From Guillardia theta CCMP2712 (Eukaryota > Protista > Cryptophyta): DNA of 64,000 nt. The stretch is from assembly GCF_000315625.1 (NCBI RefSeq), contig NW_005434612.1, forward strand, positions 267,038-331,037. Reading direction: 5' to 3'. Below the pieces are notes generated by a model that did not search any database, had not been told where the DNA came from, and saw nothing but the letters and a program-made list of their open reading frames with translations. Below, one piece after another: positions 24,138 through 37,000 of this stretch (position 1 is its first letter; the number at the start of each line of letters is the position of its first letter). The translations under genes and the position numbers were made by a program.

Positions 24138-27100
24138 AAGCAGGAGCAGGAGCAAGGGGAGCAGGGGGGGTGCAGGAGAGAAATGAGAGGGGAGGGAGAC
24201 GTGCAGGAGGAGGGTACGTTGGGAGGACAAAGGAGGAAGAGGGATGGGAGACGTCCAAGGGCCTCACTGCTCGCGGTGCAGGTGGAGATGCGTCGAAAGG
24301 GTTCAATGCTTCTGCTGCCCTCGTGAAAGCTACTATGATCCACTCCGCTCAGGTGTGTGGAGAGGAGATGTAGGATAGAGTTTACAACTTCTATCAAAGA
24401 GGATGAAGAAGGAGGAAGGAAGAAAGAGGGAGAGGACGAGGGAGAGGGAGAGGGAAAGGTGGAGGAAGAGGTGGAGGAAGAGGACGAGGAAGATGAACAA
24501 AGCAGGAAGAGGACACTGTTCCTTCACTAACTCACTCCTCCTTCCACCAGCCTGCCATGGTTCAGTCAGCCTCCGGAGCCTGGGAGTTCCCATCCTCAGT
24601 CCCCAACATCCAGACGGGGTACGGGAGGATCGACCTTAGCAAGGGCCTCTCCTTCTCCGACTCCCCTACTCGCTCCATCTACCGTGACCGAGAGCAAGTG
24701 GACAACGGAGGGGAGCTGTCTGTATGTCTTCACGCCTCCTCCTCCATGCCGTTCAAGGCGACGCTGGTGTGGACGGATCCGGCTGGGGAGTACCTGGCCG
24801 AGAGGGTCCTGGTGAACGACCTGGACCTGATCGTGCAGAACAAGGACGGAGACGTGTGGAGGGGAAACAATTTGAGGCAGAGCGATGAGACGTACAAGGA
24901 CTACGTCGTGAGTGACAACTTACAGAATGCAGAGCAGGTGAGTGGACAGAAGAGAGGGGGAGGGAGAGGGGGAGGGAAAAGATGAGGATGTTTTCAACAG
25001 TGCCATCTAATGTACCTCAGGTATCTTTTTCTGTCTCGTCCCCTGGTCTGCTTGTGGTTCGAGTAGTCGGGGTCGACGTTCCCCTCGGCCCTCAGGCCTT
25101 CAGTCTCGTCCTTTCCGGCTCTGACCTCGTGGTTTGTCCCTCCTCCTCCTCGTCTCCCCCTCCTCTTCTCCCTCGTCCTCCTCTACTGCTGCCTTCCCCT
25201 TCCCCCTTCCAGGTCATCTCCTTTTCGCACCTCCTTGCTTCTCGTTCTCCTCTCTTCCTCCTCAGTCCTACTGCAACATCTCTCCATGCAAGGTCCTTCT
25301 CCTGATGTCGTGACAAGGAGCAACAATCCTCCGCCTGCAGCTCCATCACCTGCCCAAAGAACTGCTCAGGTGAGAGAAACCGTTTCAGTTTTGCTTGCTC
25401 CTCCTCCTCCTCCTCCTCCTCCTCCTCTTCCTCTTCCTCCTCCTTGTCATCATCATCGTTGCCATCATCATAAACATAATCATCATCGTCATCGTCATCG
25501 TCATCGTCCTCATCCTTCCTCGTAATTTCTCTTTCCTGTTTCCACTCCCTTGCCTCTGCCTTTCCTCACCTCCCTCATCTCCCCTTTCCTCACAGTCCTC
25601 ACTCTCCTCAAGCGCACTTGCTGATCGTCTTCTCTCGCACAGGGCATGGCACTTGCCTATCAAACTCCGTCTGCCATTGCGACTTCGAGTACGGAGGTTC
25701 CGACTGCTCCAGGAAGTTTCGGACGTTAGAGCAAGGAGAAAACCATCTTGCTGTCACTGCCAACGGGATGAGCTTTTATACCTTTAATGTGACATCCTCC
25801 TCCTCCTCCTCCATGGCCTGCTCCTCCCCTTCTCTCCTCCCTCTCTTCCCCTTCCCCCCATGGCTCCCCTCGTTCGCTCGTTTCCTCTCCTCCCTCCTTG
25901 GTGACTCACTTCCTCCTCATCCTACCTGCTCTCTTGCCACCCAAACCTCCACTCCTCCTCCCCCCTCTCTCTGTTTCTGAGCTCCCCTGCTTCTCACTCA
26001 ACCCGCAGCTCTCTCACGGCAAGTCCTTCCGCATTATTTGCACGGGCCTTGGGCCGAGCACCGGCTCTGATCCCGACTACTACCTCAGCTACGAGAGGTC
26101 TCCCCTCCATCCCCGTGCCCCCCATCTCCACCACCTTCCCTCCCTGCCTCCCTCCTGTTCCTCCTGTTTCTCCTGTTCCTCCTTTTGCTAGCTCTCCTCG
26201 TCGTTCTCTTCCTTCCTCCCTCCTCCAACCCCCTTTGTGTTCTCCCTCCTTCCCCCCTGACATCCACCTCAGCCTCCCAACCATCGGTGAGTACGTCGAC
26301 GCTGTCAAGGACGAGGGAGACAGCGCCAGTTTTGTCCGCAACCAGGAGCAGGGAGGCATGTGGGTCCTCGGCCTCTACGCGCGATGCTGCGAGGACGTCG
26401 AGGTCTTGGTGGTGCTGGAGATCCAGCCCGGCCCCTTCCCATCCCTCCAGCTCTCTCCCTGCTCCTTCCCCTGTGACTGCCAGAGGTTCACGCAGTCAGC
26501 GGGTCAGATGGAGGACGGCTCGGGCGTCTACACATACAACAACAACGCCAACTGCAGGTGGATCATCTCCCCACAGGGAGGAACACACGGTGCGCTGAAG
26601 CTCACGTTCCCCTCCTTCGACCTGGAGGCCAACTATGACTTCCTCCAACTCAACCATTGCTTTGACGAGCTCTGCTCCAGCACCTCCTCCCTTGCCACTC
26701 TGACCGGCACCGTCTCGTCCTCTGCCTCCTTCGTCGCCTCCAGTGGCATCGTGGAGATTCTCTTCACCTCGGACTCTCTCGTTACGGCAGGAGGCTTCCT
26801 CCTCAAGTGGATGTCCCTCGGTGCTTTTGACATCTGCAACAGCCAGTGCAACTGCGGGATCTTCAACGGCACTCACGGGGTCCTGACGGACGGAGCAGGA
26901 GCAGGAGGACTGTATCCCAACGATGCCTTCTGCCACTGGATCCTCTCAGCACCCCAGGCATCTTGGCTACAGCTCTCCTTCAAGCGCTTCGCTACCGAGC
27001 TCAACTACGACCTGCTGCTGGCCAAGGAGTGCGATGACGCTGCTTGCCGCAGCTCACGGACCATTGGGATCTTCTCCGGCCATATCCAGAACCTCGTCCT

Positions 27101-27908
27101 CCTCTCCACTACCGGTATCATGGACATCGTCTTCACCAGCGACGCAAGCTTGCAGGACAGCGGCTTTGAAGCTGCATGGACCACATCGCTGCTGGCAGAG
27201 GAAGGGTACTCGCCCTCCCCTTCGCTCCCAGGGCCCTGCCCGTCAGGCTACCGCTGCCAGGAGTGCACCAGCCCGTGTCACTGCCAGCAGTTCCTCAGGC
27301 AGGAAGGGCTTGTGACCGACGGGTCGGGCAACCGAGGGCTGTACGAGAACTTTGCCAACTGTCACTGGCTGCTCTCTCCCTTCAACGCTGCCAACATCAG
27401 CATCAAGTTCAACTTCTTCGAGACTGAGCCGGGCTACGACTTCCTCTGCCTCTTCACCTGCAGCGACCCGAGCTGCCTGGACAGGACGGCTCTTAGGAAT
27501 TTCTCGGGCTACTGGACAGGAGAAGAGCTCACTGTCAACGCTCCCGTCCTCGAGCTCGTCTTTCTCACGGACAGCACCGTTCGCTTCCCCGGTTTCGAGC
27601 TCTCCTACCGCGCCATCGTGGACCCCCGCAGCTCCAGCGTCTTCGCCTGTCCTCCTCGCTTTCGCAACTGCTCCTTCACCAGGGATTGGCCGGAGGTCAC
27701 CCCTGAGATCCGCAGCGGACGAGCGGCGACGGGGGGGCTGGGTCACATGATTGTTGTCAACCTGTACGAGGCATGGCTGTGTATCCTCGACCACCCATGC
27801 TCTGAGGTGAAGCCAGACGGCAGCACGGACCCCTTCTGCTTCATCTACAATGAGCAGCTGCTGCGTTTCGAGCCCTGGAATCTCAACTCGGTCATCAACA
27901 TGTACTAG
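20947..27908 (+). CDS. Secreted subtilisin-like S8 protease (KP-43/TagA-like) with PA insert, P/galactose-binding-like domain, EGF and three CUB domains; multi-exon
   Basis: Signal peptide MFETRNILLLLLLAMAVAVSS; catalytic Asp IGIADTG, His GHGTHVAGS, oxyanion AAGNDG, Ser SGTSMATP; PA motif IKRGSCSF; ATLVWTDP..LVNDLDL; EGF GHGTC..CHCD..YGGSDCS; three CUB repeats of the form Y-NNANC-W-I...F-LE-NYDFL...FTSD....GF. Confidence 0.92.
24059..24152. repeat. Intronic (GCAGGA)n microsatellite
   Basis: About 15 units; the same unit occurs at 3947-4035 and as its complement at 22308-22384 and 23140-23228. Confidence 0.95.
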
Positions 27909-28841
27909 AGGGTGGGCGAGGAGCGGGAGATCAGATCTTGTGCCCGTCTGTGTGTGTACATGTTGGCATTCGTATCATGTGTGTGCATTGAGCGTGTTGA
28001 TGCAATGTTTGTTTTTAGTGATATTCAGCCTCTGCGAACTTTTTGGTTGTCTGTATTTGTCTGTTAACTTAGTGAGGAAGATCAAGACACACTCAATCTA
28101 GAATCTGAACTCAAACTTGCTTGGCATCGCCTTCCCTACATTCTGCTCCTCATCCTCCCTCCATCTCCTTTCGCTTCCCTTCCCTTCCCCTCCCCTCCCC
28201 TCCCCTCCCTTCCCTGTGTGCACTCTGTTCCTTCTCTTCACCGCCTCCTCTTCTCACCTCCCCGTCCTCCTCACACGCTCACTACTGTTGCATTCCAACA
28301 TTCCTCTTGGCGAATTTTCTGGCTCCAATTTTCTTAATTTTGATGGGTCAACATCCCCAGGCATGGGGGTAATAAAATCTTGCATCCAATTTGACAAAGT
28401 CTGTTTTGGTCATCATAAAATTTGAAACTTTAGTGATAAAAAGAGAAGGCTATCTGAAACATTGTTTAGGAGATTTGTGGAGTGCGGACATGTGAGATCT
28501 GGACGACCGTAAAAATGGGTGGAGGAGGGGAGGGAGGGAGGGGAGGGAGAGGAGAAGAGGAGAGAGGCGTTAGAGGAGGTCATGGCCATAGATAGAGGTG
28601 AGGAGAAGAGAGGAGAAGAGAGGAGAGAAGAGGTATAATGAAGGGCACTCAGGAGAAGGTATGTAAACTAGCAGTCAGGAAAGCAGGCAGGCGAGCAAAC
28701 AGCCAGTGGTAACTTTTTCTTGTAACTTGTTGTTTCTGCTCCTACTCTTCTTCACCGCGCTTTTCCTCTCGAGTTGTTGCTGCTGATCATTTCATTAGGG
28801 CGCCTGAGCTTTGAGATGCCTGAAATACCATAGTGCCCGCC

Positions 28842-31048
28842 ATGTCTTCGGAACCCAACTTTAGTCGAGCCGAGTCCATGGAAGTGGACGAGGGGATACA
28901 GTTCTTCCTCGACGACGACCTCCTGTCCGCAACAGTGAACTCTTCCTTTGCGTTCGAGATCGACCGGAGAACGTCCAGCAATGGAAGCTACCTGGACTTC
29001 GCCGACAGCAGCTCGCACGAGCATGCCGGCGCGCAGGTGAACGGAGCAGAAGATGTCCCATCGGCATCAAGACGCAACGAGGAGGGAGATGATGGGCGGG
29101 AGCAGCTGCTTGGGGGAATACAACCTGAGGATCGGCAGACGGTGATACCAACCGAGGAAGGAGGAGGAGGAGGAGGAGGAGGAGGAGGAATGCAGACGCA
29201 GTGGAGGAGTAGGATGTTGATGGTGGGGTTGGAGCTAGTTGCGTTCATGACCAGCGTCCTGCTGATTTCTCTCCTGTTTCTGCTCCACAACAAGTTTAAC
29301 GCAACGGTGCATTGCTTCCCTGCAGATCAGATCAGGAGGGTCAGGCCGGATATCCTTCAGGTTCGGCTCGCGATCAAGAACGTCGACTATGTCGACGACG
29401 TCTCCCGCCTTCTCTCCCAGACTTCCATCGCCCGAGCGCTCGGTCATCAGCCTCGAGCTCTCGATCCCTCCGAAGCTGCGCAGGCATTGACTTGCGACAA
29501 GAAGGAGAGTCGAACGAGATGGAAGCCCTTCTTCAGTATGCTGAGCAGGAAGCAGCAAAGCGCCCAGGGCCGCACGAACTCTTCTCATGTCCAAGGGAGC
29601 GCGATCAAGGGGAGGCAGGAGACATGGGGCTCTGCCATGTGGAGGAGAATCTTGGGGTCAGGCAAGCGTCTAGAGGGGCTCGAGGAGCAGGCCCCATCAG
29701 CTGCCAGCAGCGGGAGGGCAGCGAGTCCTCGCACGACGTATGCTTACATCTTCAGCAAGGAGAAAGGTTTCCTCATGCTCTCGCACCGAGCTATGATCGA
29801 CTTAAACGTTTCCATCTTGAACATCACGATCTTCGAAGACGATCGCTGCCTGGGAGGGGGCGACTTGCTGTCTACGTGGCTCATCTCCTTCGTTGGGTTG
29901 GACTCGATTGTACTCAATCAGTTCCACACCTTCTTCGGGGGAGGGTACGTGCACAACGTGCAGACTGCTGATCTCTACAACCTCAACTTTGCGAGGAGGA
30001 GCAAGAAGGTGGAGGATGTGGTGTATCACAAGCTCGGGATACTCTGCACATCTCTTGTGCTGGCGATCACGACTTCAACTCTCGTCTCCTTCACGCTGAT
30101 CGAGACTCATGCAAGGGTCTTGAGATTTATCGTGCAGCTCCGTCACCACAACCGCCATGGCGCCTCCTACCTCCAACTCTTGCTGCCCCACTCGCTTGAC
30201 TCCCTTGCCTTCCTTCCCATCATGATCGGAGTGTTGATGTTCCTCTTTGAGTTCTTCGAAGATCAGGTGAGAATGACAGGAGGAGACGGAGGGGGTGAAG
30301 GGGGAGGAGTAGGAGGAGCAGGAGGGAGGAAAGGGGAGAAGAGATCGCGAGATGGATTAACGAGGCGTTCTCAGGTTCTGGCTTTCCTGGTATTCAGTCT
30401 TGTATGGGGGAATGAAATCTTTCGAATGGTCAGTCCTGTTGTGATCGAAATGATGACGATGATGGTGAAAGTGGTGGTGGTGGTGACTATGATGAGTATG
30501 ATCATGATAGTGAAGATGATGATTATTGTGGTGGTGATGGATTTGATTATGACAACCATTGTCGCAGATCAAAGTGAGAGGGAATCGGTCCATGCGACAA
30601 TTTCCTAATTTTTTCCTTGCTCTCTTCTTGTGCTTTCTCATTTATCTTTATTCATTTCCTCTTGGTAAGAACTCTGGCTTTCTGCGTTCCGCCTTCTCTC
30701 ACGGACCATCCTCCCAGGGTTCAGCTACATCGCGTTTGCTTGTTGGGCTTCGTCTTTCCTTACCGTAAGTTGGTGATGGAGCAGTGGAAACAGGAGAGAC
30801 TGAGCGAGTGGAGGAGAGAAGGAGAGGAGGAGGGAAAGAGATTGAGCGACTGGGTTGAGAAAGAGGGGAGGAAGAGGAGAGAAGAGGATCAGAGGAGGGA
30901 AGGGTAGGAGAGATGAGGAGCTGACTGTGACTGATAACAGATCATTCTTCTCTTCTCCAACCATGTCGCCCCTCGCAGCCGCTACCGCAGGACCAGCATG
31001 CATGTCACTACCACCCTGTACTGGTCGGAGCAGCCTCAGATGCTATAG
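28842..31048 (+). CDS. TMEM259: Membralin (TMEM259-like) ER membrane protein, multi-exon
   Basis: YIFSKEKGFLML, SFTLIETHARVLRFIVQL, PIMIGVLMFLFEFFEDQ|VLAFLVFSLVW and FLIYLYSFPLG|FSYIAF match the membralin family; spliced stop TAG at 31046-31048. Confidence 0.82.
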
Positions 31049-31185
31049 GAAGAGCGCGAGGTCGGGGCTGCTCCGTGTCTCTCGGTGGCGGAAGGGGAGG
31101 AAGGGCAGGCGAGTGGCGGCCAGGAGGTTCTCAGCTTTCTCTCTCAGCTCCATCAGCCTGCCATGGAGCTCAGCTGGACGGGCAG

Positions 31186-31417
31186 CTACTCTCCTCCCTC
31201 CTCCCACGTGTTTGTTGGCTTGTCGCGACCGTTGATCGCCTGCTGGATAGTCTCCTTCCACTTCTTAACAGTCGATGATTGACGAACTCGCTCCTGCAGC
31301 ATCATGGCCTGTGCAGCTATCACTTCTCTTCCTCCTATCGCTCCTCCTCCTCCTCCTCCTCCTCCTCCTCCTCCTCAGCTATTACTCCTGCTCCTGCTCC
31401 TCTCACCATCCTCGTCC

Positions 31418-31452
<35 letters not shown>

Positions 31453-32908
31453 TTGCTTCCTCTTCCTCTGCCATGCCCTTTCTCCATCTTAAGTGTCATG
31501 GAGTCCAGTCTCCATCGTCCTACATCACCCTCCTCGTTGTTCCTCTTTCTCACCGTCTGCCAGACGGTAGGAGGGAGGAGTGTCCGACAGATCTGCGTGC
31601 ACATGAGAGGAGGGAGATGAGGAGCCGAGGCTCCTTGTGACCTCCTCGAGGCAGACTCCTTCTCCGGCCTCAAGCTGCTCCTGCACAGAAAGTCAGTAGA
31701 AGAAGAGAGGAGAGGGGGGGCAAAGAGAAGGTGACCTGCAGGATCTCCTTGCCCAGCCCCAGCGGGTCGCTCCTCAGCCTCTGGATCTGTGGAATGATCA
31801 GGGAGCAGGGAGCAGGGAGCAGGGAGCAGGGAGCAGGGAGCAGGGAGCAGGGAGATATGGTTTTGATCGTATGAGGGAGAGAACAGCAACGAGGGTCAAT
31901 GGTTGGAGGACCTGCATCGAGTGCATCTCGCCTCGGATACACCAGTTGACCACATGCTCGCAGTTCTGAGAAGTAATCTTCACCGCTGCAGCTTCCTCCT
32001 CCTTCCCTCTCCTCCTTCCTTGACTTGATACGTGCCCGCCCCATACTCTTCACCTCCACCCCCCCTTGCTGCCTCCCTTCCCTCCCTCACATCATCTCCC
32101 CCGCCCGCCCCGTGCTTACCTTGCTGAACAGATTGTATCCAGTCTCCCCGACTCTTGACTTCGCTCGCTGAGGGCCCGTCACTTCTTTCCCTCCTCTTCT
32201 CACTCGCACCTCAACGATCACTTCGCGCGGAAGAGCGTTGGGAGGATGGTCTACAACCTCGATATGCATTCCCTTCGCCTTGCCGTAGTTGTATCTGCCG
32301 CCTGTCAGAACTTCCTCCCCTTCCTCCTCTTCCTCCTCTTCCTCTCTCCTCCCTCCTCCCTCCCTCTCACTAACTTCCCAAGCCTTCCTCTTCCTTACAT
32401 GGTCCTCAGCGAGTCTATTTTGCATGTAGCGTTGGCTTTATCCGTAACTCCTCCTTCCACCATCAACGTCAGACGCAGCCCGCACGAGGACACCACCCTA
32501 CATTTCCTCTTCCTGTTCCTGCTCCTCTTCCCCTTCATCTTCCCCTTCCTCTTCCTCTTCCTCTTCTCCTTCCTCTCCTCCTTCGCCACCACCACCACCA
32601 CCACCACCATCAACCTCATTCTCTCACCAGTGAAGTGCATTATCTTCCCATCTCCAAGGTAGATCGCATGGTGCCTGTCTCATCATCAGCTGCTGCAAAT
32701 TTGTCTCGTGCTCAACGTCAGGGCACGAAAACCCGCGACCCCACGGACTTTGAGATGATCTCCCGGTTGCAACCTGCAAGGCATTATGATATGAGAGAAG
32801 AGAACAGCAGAGAGAAGAGTGATGTGTTGTTGTGCAGCAAGAACGAAGGGAGGAGGAAGCAGAACGAGGAGGATTGAAAGGTGAGGAAACTGCTTGCTGG
32901 AGCAGCAG

Positions 32909-32975
<67 letters not shown>

Positions 32976-33624
32976 AGAAGAAGAAGAAAAAGAAGTATCG
33001 ACCTCCACATCATCACTTCAGGTTGAGCAAGGATGTACTGCATCGTCCGATTCGCCTGTTGCTCCACCGCCAGCTTGCACGACAGGAGCGCCGACGACAT
33101 GCCCTGCATTGCATGATCAGCGGGCCAGCGCGCTCAGCTGCAGTTGCTGACCGTCTCGTCGGAGAGAGATCTCAACCTTGACAGCTGTTGGTCAAGGTGC
33201 GGGAGCCGCAAGGGCCTGTCGCCACTTCATCAGCTCCTCCCTTCTGCTGCTCTCCTCCTCCCCACCTGACTTGACTCTCAGACCACTTGGCGAACTCTCG
33301 GAGCTCGTTGACATCATAGGTCTTTTGCGCATGCTCGCCGGCGCCATATCTGGCTTCTGCATGTCCTCCTCCCTCTTCTCCCACTGCTCCGCCTCCTCCG
33401 CCTCCTCCGCTTCCCCCGCCTCCTTCCTGCTCCTCATCCTGCTTCACATCCTGCTGCTCAACGGAACTCGGAAGCAGGTTCATCGCGCTCTCATCAGGAG
33501 CATGGCTTGTGTTTGCCATGGACTCCAGCAGCATTGCATGCTGCGACGTCCCATCATGTTGAGCGCCTGTGGCGCATGCCCAGCAAACCAAGAGAACCAG
33601 CCAACAAGCTCGACCCAACCTCAT
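31186..33624 (-). CDS. LRAT/NC-domain (permuted NlpC/P60) protein with N-terminal signal peptide, multi-exon
   Basis: Spliced motifs LQPGDHLKV, HHAIYLGDGKIMHFTG, RAKSRVGETGYNLFS and NCEHVVNWCIRG; N-terminus MRLGRACWLVLLVCWACATGA. Linkage of the 5' exons to the catalytic exons is inferred. Confidence 0.8.
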
Positions 33625-34062
33625 AGTGATGAGTTTGCGACCATTGGCCTTAAGTTTAATCCTCTTCCTCCTCCTCCTCCTCCTCCTCTTCCCTCTCCTC
33701 CCCTGTCTTCAACCCTCTTTCTCTTCCCCTTCCTCCCTTCTGCCTCCTGTCCTCCCCCTACCTCTCTTCATATCTCCCTCCCCCGCCATTTTCTCCTTTT
33801 TACACCGCCAGGGCAAACCCTTTGGTGCGCCCCCTTTTACAAGGTTTGTTGCACCATAAACGAATTTCGCCGACCCCCATGCTGCTCCTTCATGCCTGCG
33901 TCGCTTTGCGTCGACTCTCGCACACTCACCTCTTCCTCCTTCTTCCTCTTCCTCCTCCTCATTCCTTCTCCATGTTCCTCCTTCCTCGACCTTCCTCCGC
34001 TTCCTCCCCTCCCTCTCATCCTTGACTTCTCTTGTTGTGACCTTTATTGACATCAGTTGCGC

Positions 34063-37000
34063 TCAGAACGTGATCTTGCGAGCGGTGGAGTTGGAGCTGG
34101 CGGGGGAGAACGTGAGGGTCCGTCTCAGGCTGAGCAGCTGCGGGGAGGTCAGGGTCACCCTCATAGAGACCTGATGCAGCCGTGCGATGCACTCGCTGAC
34201 GTCCTTGAACACTCCTCCCTCCGCTCTCAGCACCTCGTCCGCCTCCTTCGCGCATGACGCTGCTTCGTACTCTCGTCCTATCCACAGCCCCTCGATGCCA
34301 CTCTGGCACTTGCTCAGTGCCTGCAGCACGTTGACTGGCATCCGCACGAGCTTCGCATCCGGCAGCGCTCGGAGTTCGAACCCTCGCTTGCGCTTGGCGG
34401 CAGCTTCCTTGAGCAGGGACGAGGCCTTCTCGCTGACGAGGAACGCCTCCTCGTGCTGGTGCACCTGCGACAGGCACGTGCAGAGGTTGATCAGCTGCAC
34501 GACAACAAGGGCCTTGCTCGAGCTCGACTCCAGCAGCCGGTTGCAGCTCTTGCCCAACAGGTTGGCTGCGTAGCCAGCCTGACCGAGGCAACAGAGCAAG
34601 AGCGGGTGCAGGAAGGCCTGGAAGGCGCGAAGGTCTTGGAACTCTTCCCTTGCAAACCCTCTCATGCCCCACAGGATCGAGTCGCTGATCTCAAGGCACT
34701 TGCCAGCCACCGCCATGTCCTCGTGCCCGGCCATCCCCTCTGGCCTGTGGCAGGCAGAGAAGATGATGCAGGAGAATAGGAGGGAGAGGGCGGCGACGTC
34801 TCTTGCTCGGTACAGGATTTCCTCCTCGTTCATCCACAGGGCCGTGTGCAGCATCCTTTGAATCTCCGCTCGAGCTTTCTCTATCGTCCTCAGCCCCTCC
34901 TTGGCTGTGCTGCTCTGCAACAACTGCTTGAGTTGGACGAACTCCGGCCGCCGCGGCTGCAAGAACTCAAAGGACTGGCAAGGGAACGCAGCGAGCATCA
35001 GGTAGTTCCGCAGAGGCCTCTGCTGCTGCTCCTTGCTAGAGTCGGAGATGATGGGGAGTATCCTGACCTTGCTCGGCCTGTCGCCGAGCTCGTGTTTGAG
35101 CGAGAAGAATGCCATGGCCTCGTTCGCACGGCTCGTCCTGATCTTGATCTTCTTCTCGTTCTCGGCCAGCATGGGAGACGCAGCCCTGTTGAGCGCGATG
35201 TGCGGCGGGAACCACCTCCCGAAGTTCCTCAGGCTCTCCTCCTTCATCTCCTCCTCAGTCTTCTCCTCGTGGTCATTCACCACGGCAGAGGCGCTGGAGC
35301 TGGTGGCTGACACGATCTGAGTGACTTTCTTGGGAGCCTCCTGCTTCAAGATGCCAAGCGCTCTCAACACTTCCTCCAGCGACACCATCGTGTGCCTCAC
35401 CCGCCGCATGAAGATCGGCTGCTGGTACGAGTCCTCGTACGCGAGCGCAACCGATCGCTTCACTGCCTTCATAGCAGCGTCGTACTTCCTCTCGGCTATG
35501 AACCCGATACACAGGTTGTAGTTGCAGACAGCTGCGAGGTGCGAGGCGGAGCACCGGTAGCGCTGGTTGAGGTGTCGGGAGGAGCAGACGCTGGACCAGG
35601 AGAGCTGGTCTGCAGTGGAGCACCAGAGCTGGAGCTTCTGGATGGACTGATGGAGCAACTGGATCGACAGGCCGTAGTCGTCCAACTTGGAGTGGATGTA
35701 AGAGCACCATATATCGCAGTGGACTTCGATCAGAGAGTCTCGCACTTCGATCCCCGAGGCCATCTCCTTCACCTTGCCGACGGCCTTGAGCGCCAGGTCC
35801 ATCCTGTCCACGAGGACGTAGTATCTGCAGAGGTTGTAGTAGGTGAGCTGACGGTACTCCAGCCTCTCCGTGATGCCGACGGAGAACGTGTCTGGACCTT
35901 CAGAGAGCTTCTCTGCGAACCTCAAGAGTTGGTACCCTGCTTCCCTTAGCACTTCGAGGCTCGAGTCCCTCTCCGTCTCCGAGAACTTGAACAGCAGCTC
36001 GGCTCCGTGAGCGTTGCAGAACGACAGGAGGGCGATGAGGAGGTCGTAGGCGTCGTCCTGGTTCAGGGAGACAACCTGCGAGGAAGTAGCTTCATCTGAC
36101 CAAGATTTGCTGCACAACAAGGTCAGCAGGCAGGCAGCAGGATTTCAGCTCATCTACATCTTAGCGAAGGTGCTGTCGAAACTTCCGATACCCCCCAGCA
36201 CCTGCACGGCCACACAAGGTCAGCTGGAGGTCAGCTGGAGGAAGGAGGGGGACCTCAACTTGGTCTCTGCGGAGTTGAAACTCGAGAGTCTCAAGGATCT
36301 GAGCGCTCCGCTCCAGCCTTGGGGTCTCCGACATGGGGAAGTGAGCAAGCCACCAGGTGGGAAAGACGCACTCGACCTTCCTCTGCGTCTCCTTGAAGGC
36401 GGCATACTTGTCTAGGGACTGCGAGTGCTGCGACAAGGTCTCGATCCACGCGCAGGCCTCCACGCGCATCAGCGACTCGATCACCTTCCTGAAGGCGAAC
36501 TTTCCCACCCACCGCTGCATCACCCGGTTGGCCCGGACTCGCTTCTTGGCTCGCCGCAACGCCAGATACTTGCGGACGATACACTGAACCTTGACCACCA
36601 GCATCAGCACTCGCTTCGACTTGATCATCTTCCTCTTAGCTCGCATTCGCTTCCGCGCCGCATGGCAGAGGATCGCTTGTTTGATCACGTTGACATGCTT
36701 GAGAGTGCGAAGCCCCTCCATGACAGCTTTCGCTCGGTGCATCTTCCAGTGTGACAGGATCACCCCAGCAGCATGGTTCGATGCAGACATCGTCAGTCGT
36801 CGCATGAAACGAGCTTCCAGCACAGCCGTGTGACAGAGCCAAGCATACTTTATGGTGTCTGACGCAGTTGAAGCAAGCAAGCGTTCCTCCTCGTGTTTCA
36901 GCCTCTCCTTGTAATTCAGCTTTGATTGCTGATCTTGCCTCTTCTTCAGGTACCAGCTCTGCAACTTGGTAGCTTGAGCATGCCTCGTCTTTATCTCAGA

